A stretch of DNA of 64,000 nt from an uncultured Acidobacteriota bacterium (GCA_963804995.1 CAWDSK010000002.1:352001-416000); one strand, 5' to 3'; shown: positions 39,960 through 52,047, numbered from the stretch's first letter. Numbers and translations are program-made. The notes: a model not told the origin generated them from the letters alone.

Positions 39960-41288
39960 CTACGACAGCATGCTCGCGTTCTTCTGCACCTTGTCGAACG
40001 CCGTCAAGATATCGTCAACGTCGCTCTTTTCGCCGACGAGCATGTTTTGCTCGAGGTAAAGGGCCGTTTTGCACAACTCGTCGTTCTGCGGAAGGTGGTT
40101 CCCCCGGCGGTATTTCTCCAGGCGCTCCGCTGAGAACACTGACTGGAAGCTGCGCAGGTTAAGGCTGTGCTCGATGAAGGGTTCCTTGTTCATCGGGGGA
40201 TAACCATCGACCGCCATAATACCCTCTGCCCTGAGGGCTCGGACGACCAGATTGCGCGGCACATGGTTGAACTGCTCGGGATCATAACGAAGGCCGAAGC
40301 AGTAGTAGTTTTGATGCGTCGATTCAGGGTAATGCTCCTGCAACAACACGCCAGGCATTTTCTTCATCTCTTCCCGCAAATAGGCCGCGTGCTTATCCCG
40401 CTTGGCACACAGCGCGTCGTAGCGTTCAAGCTGCCCCATCAACGCCGCCGCGGCAAAATCGGAGATGCGATACTTAAATCCACGCGTCGCATAATGGTGG
40501 GTTTTGGGGTCTGAGCCGAAGTTTCTGTACATGTATGCCCTGGCGATCAGCTCTTCATCATTGCTCACCAGCGCGCCGGCCTCGCCGCCAGGCAGATTCT
40601 TGGTTTCCTGGAAGCTGAAGCAACCCATAATCCCGAACGTGCCGACGTGCTTCCCCCTCCACTCCGTATTGTGTCCCTGGCAGGAGTCCTCAATGACCGG
40701 GATGTTGTGCTTCTTGCCGATGGCCAGGACTTTATCCAGATTGGCGGGAGCGCCGTACATGTGGACGGGCATGATGGCGCGGGTGTGCTCGGTGATTCGG
40801 TGTTCGATGTCGTCCGCGTCGATTTGGAAAGTCTTCAGATCGGAGTCCGCGAAAACGGGCAGGGCGAAGCTGTGCATGATGGCCTGGAGGGTGGCGATGA
40901 AGGTGTATGGCGCGACGATGACTTCGTCCCCCGGGCCTACGCCAATCAGTTCCAGGGCCATTTGCAGAGCGTGGGTTCCGCACGGCGTCATGACGCAGCC
41001 GGGGGTGCCGACTCTTCCCGCCCATGCCTTCTCAAACTTGGGAATGAACTCTCCATCCATGGTGCACCAGCGGTGGTTGCGGAGCGACTTGAGGATGTAC
41101 TGGTCATCAGCCTCAGCGGTCTGGGGCCAATCGGGAAAGGGGGTGGAGCGAACCGGCGTGCCTCCGTGCAAGGCCAGAGCGTTGGGGTTGCCCGAAGCGG
41201 CAAGGCTGCGGGGGACGACGCTGGCCGCGGCCAATCCCACTGAGGTCGTGCCTAGGAACTCTCGTCGCGTCAAGGATGACTTTCGCAT
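39960..41288 (-). CDS. DegT/DnrJ/EryC1/StrS family aminotransferase with Tat signal
   Basis: TRREFL; GTHAL, G.GPGDEV, PVH.YG, IEDSCQ, FSFQETKNL. Confidence 0.9.
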   Translation of the reverse strand: MRKSSLTRREFLGTTSVGLAAASVVPRSLAASGNPNALALHGGTPVRSTPFPDWPQTAEADDQYILKSLRNHRWCTMDGEFIPKFEKAWAGRVGTPGCVMTPCGTHALQMALELIGVGPGDEVIVAPYTFIATLQAIMHSFALPVFADSDLKTFQIDADDIEHRITEHTRAIMPVHMYGAPANLDKVLAIGKKHNIPVIEDSCQGHNTEWRGKHVGTFGIMGCFSFQETKNLPGGEAGALVSNDEELIARAYMYRNFGSDPKTHHYATRGFKYRISDFAAAALMGQLERYDALCAKRDKHAAYLREEMKKMPGVLLQEHYPESTHQNYYCFGLRYDPEQFNHVPRNLVVRALRAEGIMAVDGYPPMNKEPFIEHSLNLRSFQSVFSAERLEKYRRGNHLPQNDELCKTALYLEQNMLVGEKSDVDDILTAFDKVQKNASMLS

Positions 41289-41426
41289 GGACTCACTTCT
41301 CCTTTGTGGAAAGGTTTTGCGCTGGTGGAATGAAGCACCCGTCTACTCGCGCCTGCCCTAACCTTACTGCGCAGGGTACGGCATGTCAACTGCGTGCGGC
41401 TGGGAAGCGGTTTGGCGAGCGGAACG

Positions 41427-41616
41427 CGACGGAACCGCATGTGAAAAGTCATAGGAAGAAAACGCATGGGGTTGGGAGATTAAGTGGGACCTCGCTCGCT
41501 ATGCCCCGCGGAGAGCAACTTGTGGGACATGTCCCACAATGACAAAAAGTCGTGGAGCCTGCAAAATCAGACCAAGCGCGCACGCCACGCCGAGCCTGAC
41601 TTCCACGCCCCACGCC
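41427..41616. repeat. ~190-bp dispersed repeat, inverted copy of 4577-4766
   Basis: gtgaaaagtcataggaagaaaacgcatg...aagtgggacctcgctcgctatgccccgcggagagcaac...tgtgggacatgtcccacaatgac. Confidence 0.85.
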
Positions 41617-41894
41617 AGGTTCTTCCTGTACCGATTGAGGCAAGGTATTGCGGCAAAGAATCCGCCCGTTTTGGGGGTCTCCGGATTTTGCATAGGACGC
41701 ACCGCCCACCCCCAAAACCCGGGGGCCACCCCACGCTAGCCGGTTGCTCTCCCGGTCCGCGGCAAATTATCGCTAATGAAGGGCTTCTCAAATCCGTGTG
41801 CAGGCAGGCGCTCATTGTTGATACTGTCCTTTCAGCATATAATCCCCCTTGGCTCCACGCGCGTTCAAGCAGTCACCTTACTGTCCTTCCTGAT

Positions 41895-43209
41895 ATGTAT
41901 CTTGTTTACAGCATGCTCTTCACGCTGGGTGCGATACTAAGTGCGCCTTTCTATCTGTGGCGGAAGGGCGGCAAAATGGGGGGTGGCTTCTGGCGCGAGC
42001 GGTTGGGGCGCATCCCTTTTGAGGAAGCCCGCCCGGGGGCAATCTGGGTTCACGCGGTTTCCGTAGGTGAGACGGTCGCGGTGGCGGGCCTGGTGCAGGA
42101 AATCCAACGGGCGTTTCCCGAACGCAAAATCTATCTCAGTCACATCACACCGGCGGGCCGTGAGGCCGGAGCCGCGCGTTTGCCGGCCATCGCGGGCCGC
42201 TTCTATCTTCCCCTCGATTGGGGATGGGCGGTGCGCCGGGCTCTGGCACGACTGCGGCCGGCGTTGCTGCTAGTGGTGGAAACGGAATTATGGCCAAACC
42301 TTCTGCGCGAGGCGCAGCAAGCGGGCACGCGGGTGGTGGTGGTAAACGCGCGGCTTTCGGTGCGGTCGGCGGGCCGTTACAAACTGGCACGGCCGTTCAT
42401 GCGCCGCGTGTTGGCTGATGTGGACGCCATCTGCGCGCAGTCGGAAGCGGATGCGGAGCGTTTCCGCCAGATTGGCGCCAAGCCCGAGCGCGTCAGAGTG
42501 GCCGGCAATCTTAAGTTTGACGCGCAGCCGCCGCAGCTTGGTGAGTTGGCGCGAGCCTTGAAGGCGGTCCTCCACCAGGCGCAGAGGGGTCCCGTGCTGG
42601 TGGCGGCCAGCACCATGCCGGGCGAAGAGCCGCTGGTCCTGGAAGCCTGGGACCTGATCCAGGCACGCTACCAGAAGGCGCTGCTGATTCTCGCTCCCCG
42701 CCACCCGGCGCGCTTCGACGAGGTGGACCAATACCTTGCGAAAGCGGGCCGCCGATTTATTCGCCGCACGACCCTGAAGGTTGAGAAGGGGGAGTTGTCC
42801 GGGCAGCTTGCCGCGGCCAACATTCTCTTATTGGATACGATTGGGGAACTAGCGGGAATTTTCGAAGTGGCCGATCTGGTTTTCATTGGCGGCAGCCTGG
42901 TTCCCACCGGCGGGCACAACCTGCTCGAAGCCGCTTACTGGTCGAAGGTGATCGCCTTCGGGCCGCACATGGAAAACTTCCGCGACATCGCCAGGCTCTT
43001 TCTGGACGCGGGCGCGGCCATCCAAATCCGCACCCCCGGGGAATTGGCCGAAACCACCTGGCTGCTGGAAAACTCCGAGACCCGGAACCGCCTGGGCGCG
43101 AGTGCCCGGCAGGTTCTGGAGGAGAATTCCGGCGCGACGGCGCGCACGCTCGAACTGTCTGCGGGAATTTCTGGCCCACGACGCCGAGGCCGCAAAGAAA
43201 ACAGATTAG
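41895..43209 (+). CDS. waaA: 3-deoxy-D-manno-octulosonic acid (Kdo) transferase; +1 frameshift at ~43149-43155 near the C-terminus
   Basis: IWVHAVSVGE, ETELWPN, GNLKFD, APRHP.RF, GGHNLLE; corrected end TLDCLREFLAHDAEAAKKTD*. Confidence 0.9.
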
Positions 43210-43297
43210 TTATTTTTCTTGAATTCTCCGCGCCTATCGGAGCCAGACCAAAGCTGAAGGCATGGATGGAATTGTCGTAAACTCGCCGGAAGGCGTC

Positions 43298-43500
43298 TTG
43301 GACTGCGGCCGCGAAGCTGCCGCTTTGGGTTCGTTCCTAAACGATCGCACCTCCAATACGCCCAAGACAAAAGCGGGAGCTGCTGCTCCCGCAGTCCAAA
43401 GCGAAGCTGCCGCTTTTGATTTTGAGTGTTGCTGTCTTCTTGCAAGATTGGTCATTCGGGCGAAATCGTTAAAGCGGTAGCTGCGCGACCGCAGTCCAAA
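43298..43500. repeat. REP cluster (ttggactgcgg-type) upstream of RAYT
   Basis: ttggactgcggccgcgaagctgccgcttt paired with aaagcgg.agct.c...ccgcagtccaaa (two right arms). Confidence 0.85.
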
Positions 43501-43522
43501 CGCGTCCTTTGCCCGCAGCGTT

Positions 43523-44041
43523 ATGAGCGATTGGCCACACAGTCCGGTGCATCGATTAGCGAAAGGTGGGGCCTACATGGTCACCTGCGGCACCTATCTG
43601 AAGGAACACCACTTTCGAGGAATCCGGCGGGTACGGTTCCTGCACGATGCCCTCTTAAACCTGGCTGCGGCCTACGGTTGGAATCTCCAAGCCTGGGCGG
43701 TATTCTCCAACCATTATCACTTTGTGGCCATGTCGCCGCCAACCGCCGATAGCCTTGTTCTTTTCCTCAAGAAGCTTCATTCTGACACGGCGATGGAAGC
43801 GAATCGATGGGATGGCGCTCCTGGCCGGCAGGTGTGGTTCCAATATTGGGATACCCACTTGACCTTCCCCAAGTCGTACTATGCGCGGTTGAATTACGTG
43901 CATACCAACGCCGTACATCACCGGCTGGTGGCTGAGCCGTCCCTTTACCCCTGGTGTTCGGCGGGGTGGTTTCAACGCCGAGCCACGACAGCTTTTTACA
44001 AGACGGTCATGGGATTTAAGTCTGATCGCATCAATGTATAA
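43523..44041 (+). CDS. REP-associated tyrosine transposase (RAYT/TnpA-REP, HUH Y1 family)
   Basis: YMVT, W.V..NHYH (HUH), W..YWD, NYVH.N.V, Y.W.S; flanked by REPs; TAA at 44039 may be premature (DDFEVDW follows, to 44080). Confidence 0.85.
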   Translation: MSDWPHSPVHRLAKGGAYMVTCGTYLKEHHFRGIRRVRFLHDALLNLAAAYGWNLQAWAVFSNHYHFVAMSPPTADSLVLFLKKLHSDTAMEANRWDGAPGRQVWFQYWDTHLTFPKSYYARLNYVHTNAVHHRLVAEPSLYPWCSAGWFQRRATTAFYKTVMGFKSDRINV

Positions 44042-44097
44042 GACGATTTCGAAGTCGATTGGCACCCGGATGATGAGTGACGGTGACGAAGCCCCTT

Positions 44098-44211
44098 TTT
44101 GGACTGCGGCCGCGAAGCTGTCGCTTTTGCATTTAAATTTCGCTCTCTTCTTTCAGAAATTGTTGTTCGCGCCAAGGGGTTAAAGCGGCAGCTTCGCGGT
44201 CGCAGTCCAAA
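44098..44211. repeat. REP pair (REPIN-like) downstream of RAYT; homolog at 63436-63550
   Basis: Inverted arms tttggactgcggccgcgaagctgtcgcttt / aaagcggcagcttcgcggtcgcagtccaaa; spacer tcttctttcagaaattgt shared with the distant copy. Confidence 0.85.
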
Positions 44212-44231
44212 GCGCTTCGCGCAAAGGCTGA

Positions 44232-44333
44232 GTGTACATCAACCCGTCGGGCTGGTTCGAGGGCGTTCCTGAAAAAGTCTGGAGCTTCCACATCGGCGGG
44301 TATCATGTCTGCGAGAAGTGGTTGTAGGACCGG
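44232..44333 (+). pseudogene. Fragment of a Type ISP R-M enzyme C-terminal (specificity) domain
   Basis: Hand translation VYINPSGWFEGVPEKVWSFHIGGYHVCEKWL*DR. Confidence 0.7.
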
Positions 44334-44340
44334 CAGACCG

Positions 44341-45401
44341 ATGAAAATCAAACTGAACCAGTACCCGCTGCTGCTGCCGCTCTCGGCGGTATTTCGGTTG
44401 GGCGTTGCCCTGCGCCATGCTGCCTACAGGCGGGGATGGCTTAAGACGCGCCGCCTGTCGCGGCCGGTCATCAGCGTCGGCAACCTGACGGTGGGTGGAA
44501 CCGGCAAGACTCCGCTGGTGGTGCTGATCGCGAAAATGCTGCTGCGGCAGGGTTGGAAACCGGGCATCCTCACGCGGGGTTACGGCCGCCACAGCAAGGC
44601 TGACCTGATTGTCGTCGCGCCTTCGCCGGCCCGCCAGGCGGAGGCGGGGGAAATCGGTGACGAGCCAGCCATACTCGCCCGCGCGCTCCCGGAAGTTCCA
44701 ATAGTTATCTGCGCGGACCGCTTCCGCGGTGGGCAAGCAGCAGAACAGCGTTTCCGGGTTAACGTCCACATCCTCGACAACGGGTTCCAACACCTGGGGC
44801 TCGAACGCGCTGTGGACGTGGTGGCGCTGGACGCGACCGAAGAAATCTCCGACTGGGGTCTCCTGCCTGCGGGCCGCCAGCGCGAACCTCTTGGGGCGCT
44901 CCGTCGCGCATCCATCGTGGTCATCACGCGGGTCGATTCCGGCGATCCGAAATCGCTTGAGGAGATTATTCTGAAGGTTCATCCCGCCGCGAAAGTCTTC
45001 CACAGCTCGACGAGATTTGTGAGAGCCGTGGACTCACTAAGCGGCGAGAGGGTTCCGAGCGATGAAATTCGTACCCGGAAGGTAACGGCGTTCTGCGGTA
45101 TTGGCAACCCCGGCGCGTTCTTTGCCGACCTGCGGCGCTGGGGCTTCAAGCTGACCGCCCAGGACGCATTTCCCGACCATCATGTATACTCTCAACAGGA
45201 GCTTCGCCGCCTGGTCGCGCTTGCGCAAATTAAGGGAGCGACGGCGTTGCTCACGACGGAAAAGGACGCCGTAAAGTTTCCGAAGGACTTGCAGCCGGAT
45301 TTGCCCATCCTGACCTGCGTCGCGGAGGCGCAGATCCGCGAGGCGGAGGAATTTGAAAAAACTTTGTTAACCCTGCTCGAGCGGTCGAAGAAGGCGGATT
45401 G

Positions 45402-45402
<1 letters not shown>
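44341..45402 (+). CDS. lpxK: Tetraacyldisaccharide 4'-kinase
   Basis: SVGNLTVGGTGKTP, TRGYG, GDEP, LD.GFQH, PAGR.REP, GIGNP, FPDHH, TTEKD. Confidence 0.94.
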
Positions 45403-46467
<1,065 letters not shown>

Positions 46468-46478
<11 letters not shown>

Positions 46479-47541
46479 ACCTGAACGTGAAATTGCGGGC
46501 CGCAGTGGGGGGCAAAAAACCGCCGCGCTGACGATCACGGCCGCCGACCGCTCTGCGTTGCTTACGCTGCTGGAGCGTTTCCCGCGTCAGCAGGTGGTGA
46601 TGCTGGGCGATCTGGTGGCGGATGAATCCATCTACGGCGAAATCGCACGCGTCTCCCGCGAGGCGCCCGTGCTGATCCTGAAGCAACGTGAAAAGCAGGT
46701 GCTGCCCGGAGGTGGGGCCAACGCGGCCAATAACCTGGCGGACCTTGGCGCGCGAGTCATTCCCGTGGGCGTGGTCGGCGATGATGAAACCGGCGACGCG
46801 CTGCTCCGCTATTTTCGCGAGAAGCAGGTTTCTACCCGGCACGTGGTCCGGGTGCGCCATTACCTGACTCCTACCAAAACGCGCATCCTGGGGGGATTGA
46901 CGCACTGGCAGCGCCAGCAGATTGTCCGCATCGACCGGGAACCCGCCCAGCCGCTGGCGGCGGAAGTGCGCAGGGGCCTGACCCGTGCCGCCGCGGCGCT
47001 GCTCCCCACCTCCACGGGGATTTTGATTTCCGATTACGGCTACGGGGCGACCAACGCCGGGGAAGTTGATTCGCTGCGGCGGCGTTTGCGAGGAAAGGCG
47101 TTGCCCATCACCATCGACTCCCGCTACGACCTGGTGACTTACAAAGGGCTGACCGCCGCCACGCCCAATGAACCCGAGGTTGAGACGGCGTTCGGCCAGG
47201 CGATTGGCAACGACCTGGACCGTCTCGAAACGCTGGGAAGGAAAATGCTGCGCCGCCAGTCCCTCCAGGCGTTGCTGGTGACGCGCGGGAGGGACGGCAT
47301 GGCCCTGTTTGAGGCGGGCCGCGCGACGCGGCATCTTGAGATTTTCGGGTCCGGCCATGCGGTGGACGTGACGGGCGCGGGCGATACGGTGATCGCCGCG
47401 TTCACGCTGGCGCTCGCCGCCGGAGCAAGTTTTCTACACGCCGCCCTGCTCGCCAATGTCGCCGGAGGACTGGTGGTCATGAAGCGCGGCACCGCCACCG
47501 TCACGCTCGCCGAGATGCACGAGGCCATCCAAAACGCATGA
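46468..47541 (+). CDS. rfaE1: D-glycero-beta-D-manno-heptose-7-phosphate kinase (PfkB, RfaE domain I)
   Basis: [33 protein letters not shown]. Confidence 0.88.
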
Positions 47542-48033
47542 GCGCCACCCTGATCACACGCCAAGAGGTCCGCGCCCTGGGCGACCGCCTGCGCCGGGAG
47601 GGCCGCCGCATCGCCTTCGCCAACGGCTGCTTTGATATTCTCCACGTCGGCCATGTGCGTTACCTGGAAGGGGCGCGCCAGTGCGGGGATGTGCTGGTGG
47701 TGGGAGTGAACAGTGACCGCAGCGTTCGAGGGCTTGAAGGGCGCAGGCAGGCCGCTGCTTCCGGCCGAAGCGCGTGCGGAACTTGTGGCGGCGCTGGAGT
47801 CCGTGGATTACGTGGTCATCTTTGAGGAGCTGACCGCGGCGGAAATCCTGTGCGAATTGCGGCCCGACGTGCACTGCAAGGGCACGGATTATACGGTTGA
47901 GACGGTTCCCGAGAGGGAGATTGTAAAGGGCTATGGCGGCGCCATACAAATTGTGGGTGATGCCAAGAATCATTCCACGCGTGGCCTTTTGGTGGAGATT
48001 GCTGGCCGTCGGGGAGAAAATAACAGGCGGTAG
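47538..48033 (+). CDS. rfaE2: Heptose-1-phosphate adenylyltransferase (RfaE domain II); +1 frameshift at ~47724-47730
   Basis: [18 protein letters not shown] / LKG.GRP, PDVH.KG.DY, HST. Confidence 0.88.
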
Positions 48034-48111
48034 GCAGTGGGCAGTAGGCAGTAGGCAGATGGGGAAAATCTCTACTGCCCACCTCCCCATCTGCCCAACT
48101 GCCTGCTGCCT
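48025..48111. repeat. Heptameric (ggcagta) tandem repeats with inverted counterpart
   Basis: aggcggtaggcagtgggcagtaggcagtaggcag...ctactgccc...ctgcctgctgcct. Confidence 0.65.
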
Positions 48112-48146
48112 TTTCGGTTCCAGCCCTGCCAGGACAGGTGTTAGGG

Positions 48147-49182
48147 ATGACTGATTCGCCGCAGCGATTCCTGATCGTCCGCCTCAGTTCGATTGGCGAC
48201 ATCGTGCACGCGCTGCCGGCCGTGGCGGCTCTGGGCGAAACGTTTCCCCAGGCGGAGATTTATTGGGCCGTTGAGAGCCGTCATGCCCTGCTGCTCGAAG
48301 GCAACCCTTATCTTCGTGGGGCGGTGAAACTCGATACGCTCGGCTGGCGCAAGCGCTTGACCGCCGCCGCAACGTGGCATGAAATCAGGGATGGAGTACG
48401 GGCGCTCCGCAAGGTCCGGTACGACGCCGCCCTTGACTTTCAGGGCCTGTGGAAGTCAGCCGTGATCGGATGGATCAGCGGCGCGCCGGAGCGGATTGGC
48501 TTTGCCGATCGCTGGCTGCGTGAGCCTGGCGCCGCGGTGCTGTACACCGAGCACGTCTCGCCCCGCGCGTGCCGGCACGTCATCGAAATGAACCTGGCGT
48601 TGGTCGGGCGCCTCGGAGCGCGCCCTTCCAAATGGCAGTTTCCTTTGCCCTGGAACGACACGGACGACACCTACGTGGATAACCAACTCGCGGTTCTCGA
48701 CGCGAAGGATTTCATCATCATCAACCCGGGCGGGGGCTGGCGGTCGAAGTGCTGGTCTCCGGAAAACTATGCCGAACTCCTGCGGCGCCTGGAAGAAAGG
48801 TGCGAAGAGCAGTTGATATTGACCGGCTCGGTGGATGAAGAGGATATGATCTCCGGGATTCTTGCAGCGTGCCGATGTCGCGCGCGCGCGCTATTTGCCC
48901 ACCACGCTTGTGCAGTTCATCGCGCTCGCCCGGCGCGCCCGGCTCTTCCTGGGAGGGGACACGGGACCGTTGCATCTGGCGGCTGCGGTGGGAACTCCGG
49001 TGGTCGGCATCTATGGTCCCACGGACCCCTCGCGCAACGGCCCATTCGCGAAGGATGACATTGCCCTGTCGAACCTGGGCCCGATCGACCACACCCGCCG
49101 CGAATCGGCTTACCTGCCGGGAATCACGGTGGAGTCCGTGCTGGCCGCTATCGTTGACCGACTGGCGAGGGCGCATGGATAG
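48147..49182 (+). CDS. waaC: GT9 lipopolysaccharide heptosyltransferase I; +1 frameshift at ~48865
   Basis: IVRLSSIGDIVH.LP, DFQGLWKS, NPG.GW..KCW / GGDTGPLHLAAA.G.P.V..YGPT.P.RNGP. Confidence 0.85.
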
Positions 49183-49717
49183 TGCCTATCGAGCTTGGGC
49201 GGCGCGCTGGCGGGTGCCGTTGGGCTTTGGACTGGGCGTGGCCTACCTGGTTTTCTGCCGGCCCACGGTGGCACTCTTGACAGCGGGCGGGGCCATCGCA
49301 CTGGGGGGCCTCGCCATCCGCGCCTACGCGGCGGGACATCTCGTGAAAAACCAAAACCTTGCGACGAGTGGGCCCTACGCGCGCACCCGCAACCCTTTGT
49401 ATCTGGGGAGTGCGCTGATGGGGGCGGGATTCGGACTGGCCGGGGGGTCATGGATTCTGGGCCTGGCCCTGGTGGTTTTTTTTGGAGCCATCTATTGGCC
49501 CGTGATCCGGCGCGAAGAGGAATTCCTGCGCCAGCAGTTTGGCGATGAATACGCCCGCTACGCCGAAAGCGTTCCACTCTTCCTGCCTCGTTTCGGCAGG
49601 TCCGGCGGGGGGAAGAAATTCCAGTGGCGCCAGTATCGGAAAAATCGCGAGTATGAAGCGCTTGTGGGGTACCTCGCGGTGATGATTTTTCTGGCTTTCA
49701 AGATTTGGCGGCGCTAG
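49175..49717 (+). CDS. Isoprenylcysteine carboxylmethyltransferase family membrane protein
   Basis: L.TSGPYA.TRNPLYLGS, EE.FL..QFG.EY..Y...VP.F.P. Confidence 0.85.
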   Translation: MDSAYRAWAARWRVPLGFGLGVAYLVFCRPTVALLTAGGAIALGGLAIRAYAAGHLVKNQNLATSGPYARTRNPLYLGSALMGAGFGLAGGSWILGLALVVFFGAIYWPVIRREEEFLRQQFGDEYARYAESVPLFLPRFGRSGGGKKFQWRQYRKNREYEALVGYLAVMIFLAFKIWRR

Positions 49718-49764
49718 AGTGGGCCAGGCTGCGTTTGTAGGTTGCCCCGCGTCTAACTGTTTGT

Positions 49765-50565
49765 ATGCAAATGCCCGTTTCCCGATTGGCCAGCGCGTCG
49801 CTACTCGCCCTTCTCCTGATCGTATCCACTCCAGGGAGTGCCGAGAACGTGGATCCCTTCACCCCGGGTGAGAAGCTGACCTACGATGTGGTGTGGTCGG
49901 TCTTCCACGCCGGCGAGGTGACCGCCACGCTGCAACGCAAGGTGGAGGGCGCTTCCGACACCTACGAAGTCACAACTACGGCGCGGTCGGAGGGCTTTGT
50001 TTCACTGCTCATCGACGTTGATAACGAGCTCCATGCCGTGTTCAGCCCCCAAACTCTCTGTTCCGACCGGATTCACAAGCGGATCAATGAAGGTCACCGG
50101 CACAAGGATACGCAGATCGTTTTCGACGGTATCAGGAAACTTGCCATCCTGGATGAGCGCGACCTGAGCCAGCCCGGAGCGCCGGCCAAGCACGCCGAAA
50201 ACGAAATCCCTCCCTGTGTCGAAGACGTGGTGACGGCGTTTTACTACCTCCGCCGGCAGCACATGGAGGTTGGCCACACCATCGAATTGCCCGTGAATGA
50301 CGGCAACAAGACCCAGCGGGTGGTGGTGGAGGTTCAGGCGCGCGAGAAGGTGCAGACTCCCACGGGAACGTTTGATACTTTTCGCGTGGAGCCCAAAGTT
50401 TTTAACGGGTTGTTTCAACGCAAGGGCCGGATGCTGATCTGGTTCAGCTCCGACCCCCAGCACTTGCCGGTGCGCATCAAGGCGATGATTTCCGTGGGCT
50501 CCCTCACCGGCACCTTGCGCTCCATTACCCACCAGGCGCCTGCTACGCCCCCTGCCAAACATTGA
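49765..50565 (+). CDS. DUF3108 domain-containing secreted protein
   Basis: Signal peptide; PF..GE.L.Y, G.F...RV.P, IWF..D...LPVRI. Confidence 0.8.
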   Translation: MQMPVSRLASASLLALLLIVSTPGSAENVDPFTPGEKLTYDVVWSVFHAGEVTATLQRKVEGASDTYEVTTTARSEGFVSLLIDVDNELHAVFSPQTLCSDRIHKRINEGHRHKDTQIVFDGIRKLAILDERDLSQPGAPAKHAENEIPPCVEDVVTAFYYLRRQHMEVGHTIELPVNDGNKTQRVVVEVQAREKVQTPTGTFDTFRVEPKVFNGLFQRKGRMLIWFSSDPQHLPVRIKAMISVGSLTGTLRSITHQAPATPPAKH

Positions 50566-50571
50566 AGGGAT

Positions 50572-50811
50572 TCAAATCACCTGGTACTTCTCAGCCAGGA
50601 GCCGCTTGAAACGGCTTTGATAAATGAGGTCGTAGGTCTGTTCCTTGTCGGGGAAAAGGTGCAGAGCATACTGCCGGGTTTGCGCCACCAGGGCCGCCGC
50701 TTCTTCCACGGGCATGTCGGATTGGTAGAGGAGACTGGTCACCAGATCGACGACGATCTGCAGCCGCCGCACGCGGCGATTCTCCTCGCGGATTTCCTCC
50801 GCGGTGGCCAC
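50572..50811 (-). CDS. Small hypothetical protein
   Basis: GTG start after GGGAGG; LFPDKE.TYDLIY..RF.RL motif. Confidence 0.75.
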   Translation of the reverse strand: MATAEEIREENRRVRRLQIVVDLVTSLLYQSDMPVEEAAALVAQTRQYALHLFPDKEQTYDLIYQSRFKRLLAEKYQVI

Positions 50812-50965
50812 GGGTGGAACCTCCCTTCCTCGGCCTCAAATAGCACTCGCCCCGAAATGCAGAAATCTAGTATAAGCTAAGGTTCAGGGGGAGGTGAGGG
50901 TTTTGCCCTCCTCCGGGGCGGTCGCGGGCTTCGAGGAGAAAGGCCAACGGAAGTGTTCCTCAAGC

Positions 50966-51889
50966 ATGGGAGAACTCGCACCAACGCGCTGGATGAAGAT
51001 TCGCCATCTGCTCGTTGAAGCTGTGGAGAGCTTTCTCGCCGAAGACGCGCTGATGGTCTCGGCCTCCATCGCCTACCACAGTTTGCTGGCGATTTTCCCC
51101 TTGCTGCTCCTGCTGCTGGGGATCAGCGGTATTTACATCCGCCACTTCGAGCTGGTGGGCCGGCTGGCCATGGTGTTGCAACGCTACCTGCCCGTCCGAG
51201 CCGACTTCATCATGCAGAACCTGGTGGGTATCTCCCGTGCTTACGGAAGAGTCGGCGTCGTGTCGTTTATCCTCCTGCTGTGGAGCTCCTCGGGAGTGTT
51301 CCTCCCTCTCGAAAAAGCCATGAATCGCGCCTGGCAAGTCACGGAGGCGCGCTCCTGGTGGCGCAGCCGGCTGTTGGCTCTGGAGATGGCGCTGGTCTGG
51401 GGCTGTCTGATTCTGATCGCGTCGGTACTGCTGGGTGGGGAGATTCTCCTTCGCCACTGGCTGGAAAGCGTGCTGAGCCTCCCGATGCGGCCCCTGATCA
51501 AGTTGTTCTATAATCTGATGAACTCGCTGAGCTCCTTTGGCTTGGCTCTACTGATGTTCGTGGTTCTCTTTGAGCGCCTCCCCAATCGCCCCATGCGGCT
51601 TCGCCAGGCTTACCCTGGTGCTTTGCTCACGGCCCTGCTGTGGGAAGCGGCGCGCTCACTTTTTATCTTGTGGCTACCCTACTTCAATTACCGTCATATC
51701 TACGGATCCATCGGTGTCATTGTGGCTCTTATGACCTGGGCGTATATATCCTCCGCAGTTTTACTTTTCGGAGCCCAGGTGTCGCGATCTCTCTATGGAA
51801 CTTTGAAAGTGGCCCGGCCAGTCCTCAACGCAACCGCTCCAGCCGCAGCCCCAGCGCCGGAAACCATCTCAGCTTCGCCCCAGCGGTGA
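50966..51889 (+). CDS. YihY/virulence factor BrkB family membrane protein
   Basis: ASIAY..LL.IFP, LLWSSS, A.NRAW, IYGSIG..V.LM.W.Y.S...LLFGA. Confidence 0.9.
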   Translation: MGELAPTRWMKIRHLLVEAVESFLAEDALMVSASIAYHSLLAIFPLLLLLLGISGIYIRHFELVGRLAMVLQRYLPVRADFIMQNLVGISRAYGRVGVVSFILLLWSSSGVFLPLEKAMNRAWQVTEARSWWRSRLLALEMALVWGCLILIASVLLGGEILLRHWLESVLSLPMRPLIKLFYNLMNSLSSFGLALLMFVVLFERLPNRPMRLRQAYPGALLTALLWEAARSLFILWLPYFNYRHIYGSIGVIVALMTWAYISSAVLLFGAQVSRSLYGTLKVARPVLNATAPAAAPAPETISASPQR

Positions 51890-52047
51890 CCCGCCCGCCC
51901 TTTGAACGGTAGGGGCGGGGAATCGGGCCATCTGGTCATCGGGCCATCGGGCCATTGAGCCATTGATTCATTGTGTGATCTTGCGATGGGGGATTGTCAA
52001 CCTTACAAACAAGCTCCGCCCCAATCGCGGCCGGGCCAATTCGCTTT

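Noticed and set aside
41484..41894. Long N-terminal extension of WaaA
   Set aside because: It runs through a non-coding repeat; the hydrophobic anchor typical of WaaA begins at ATG 41895
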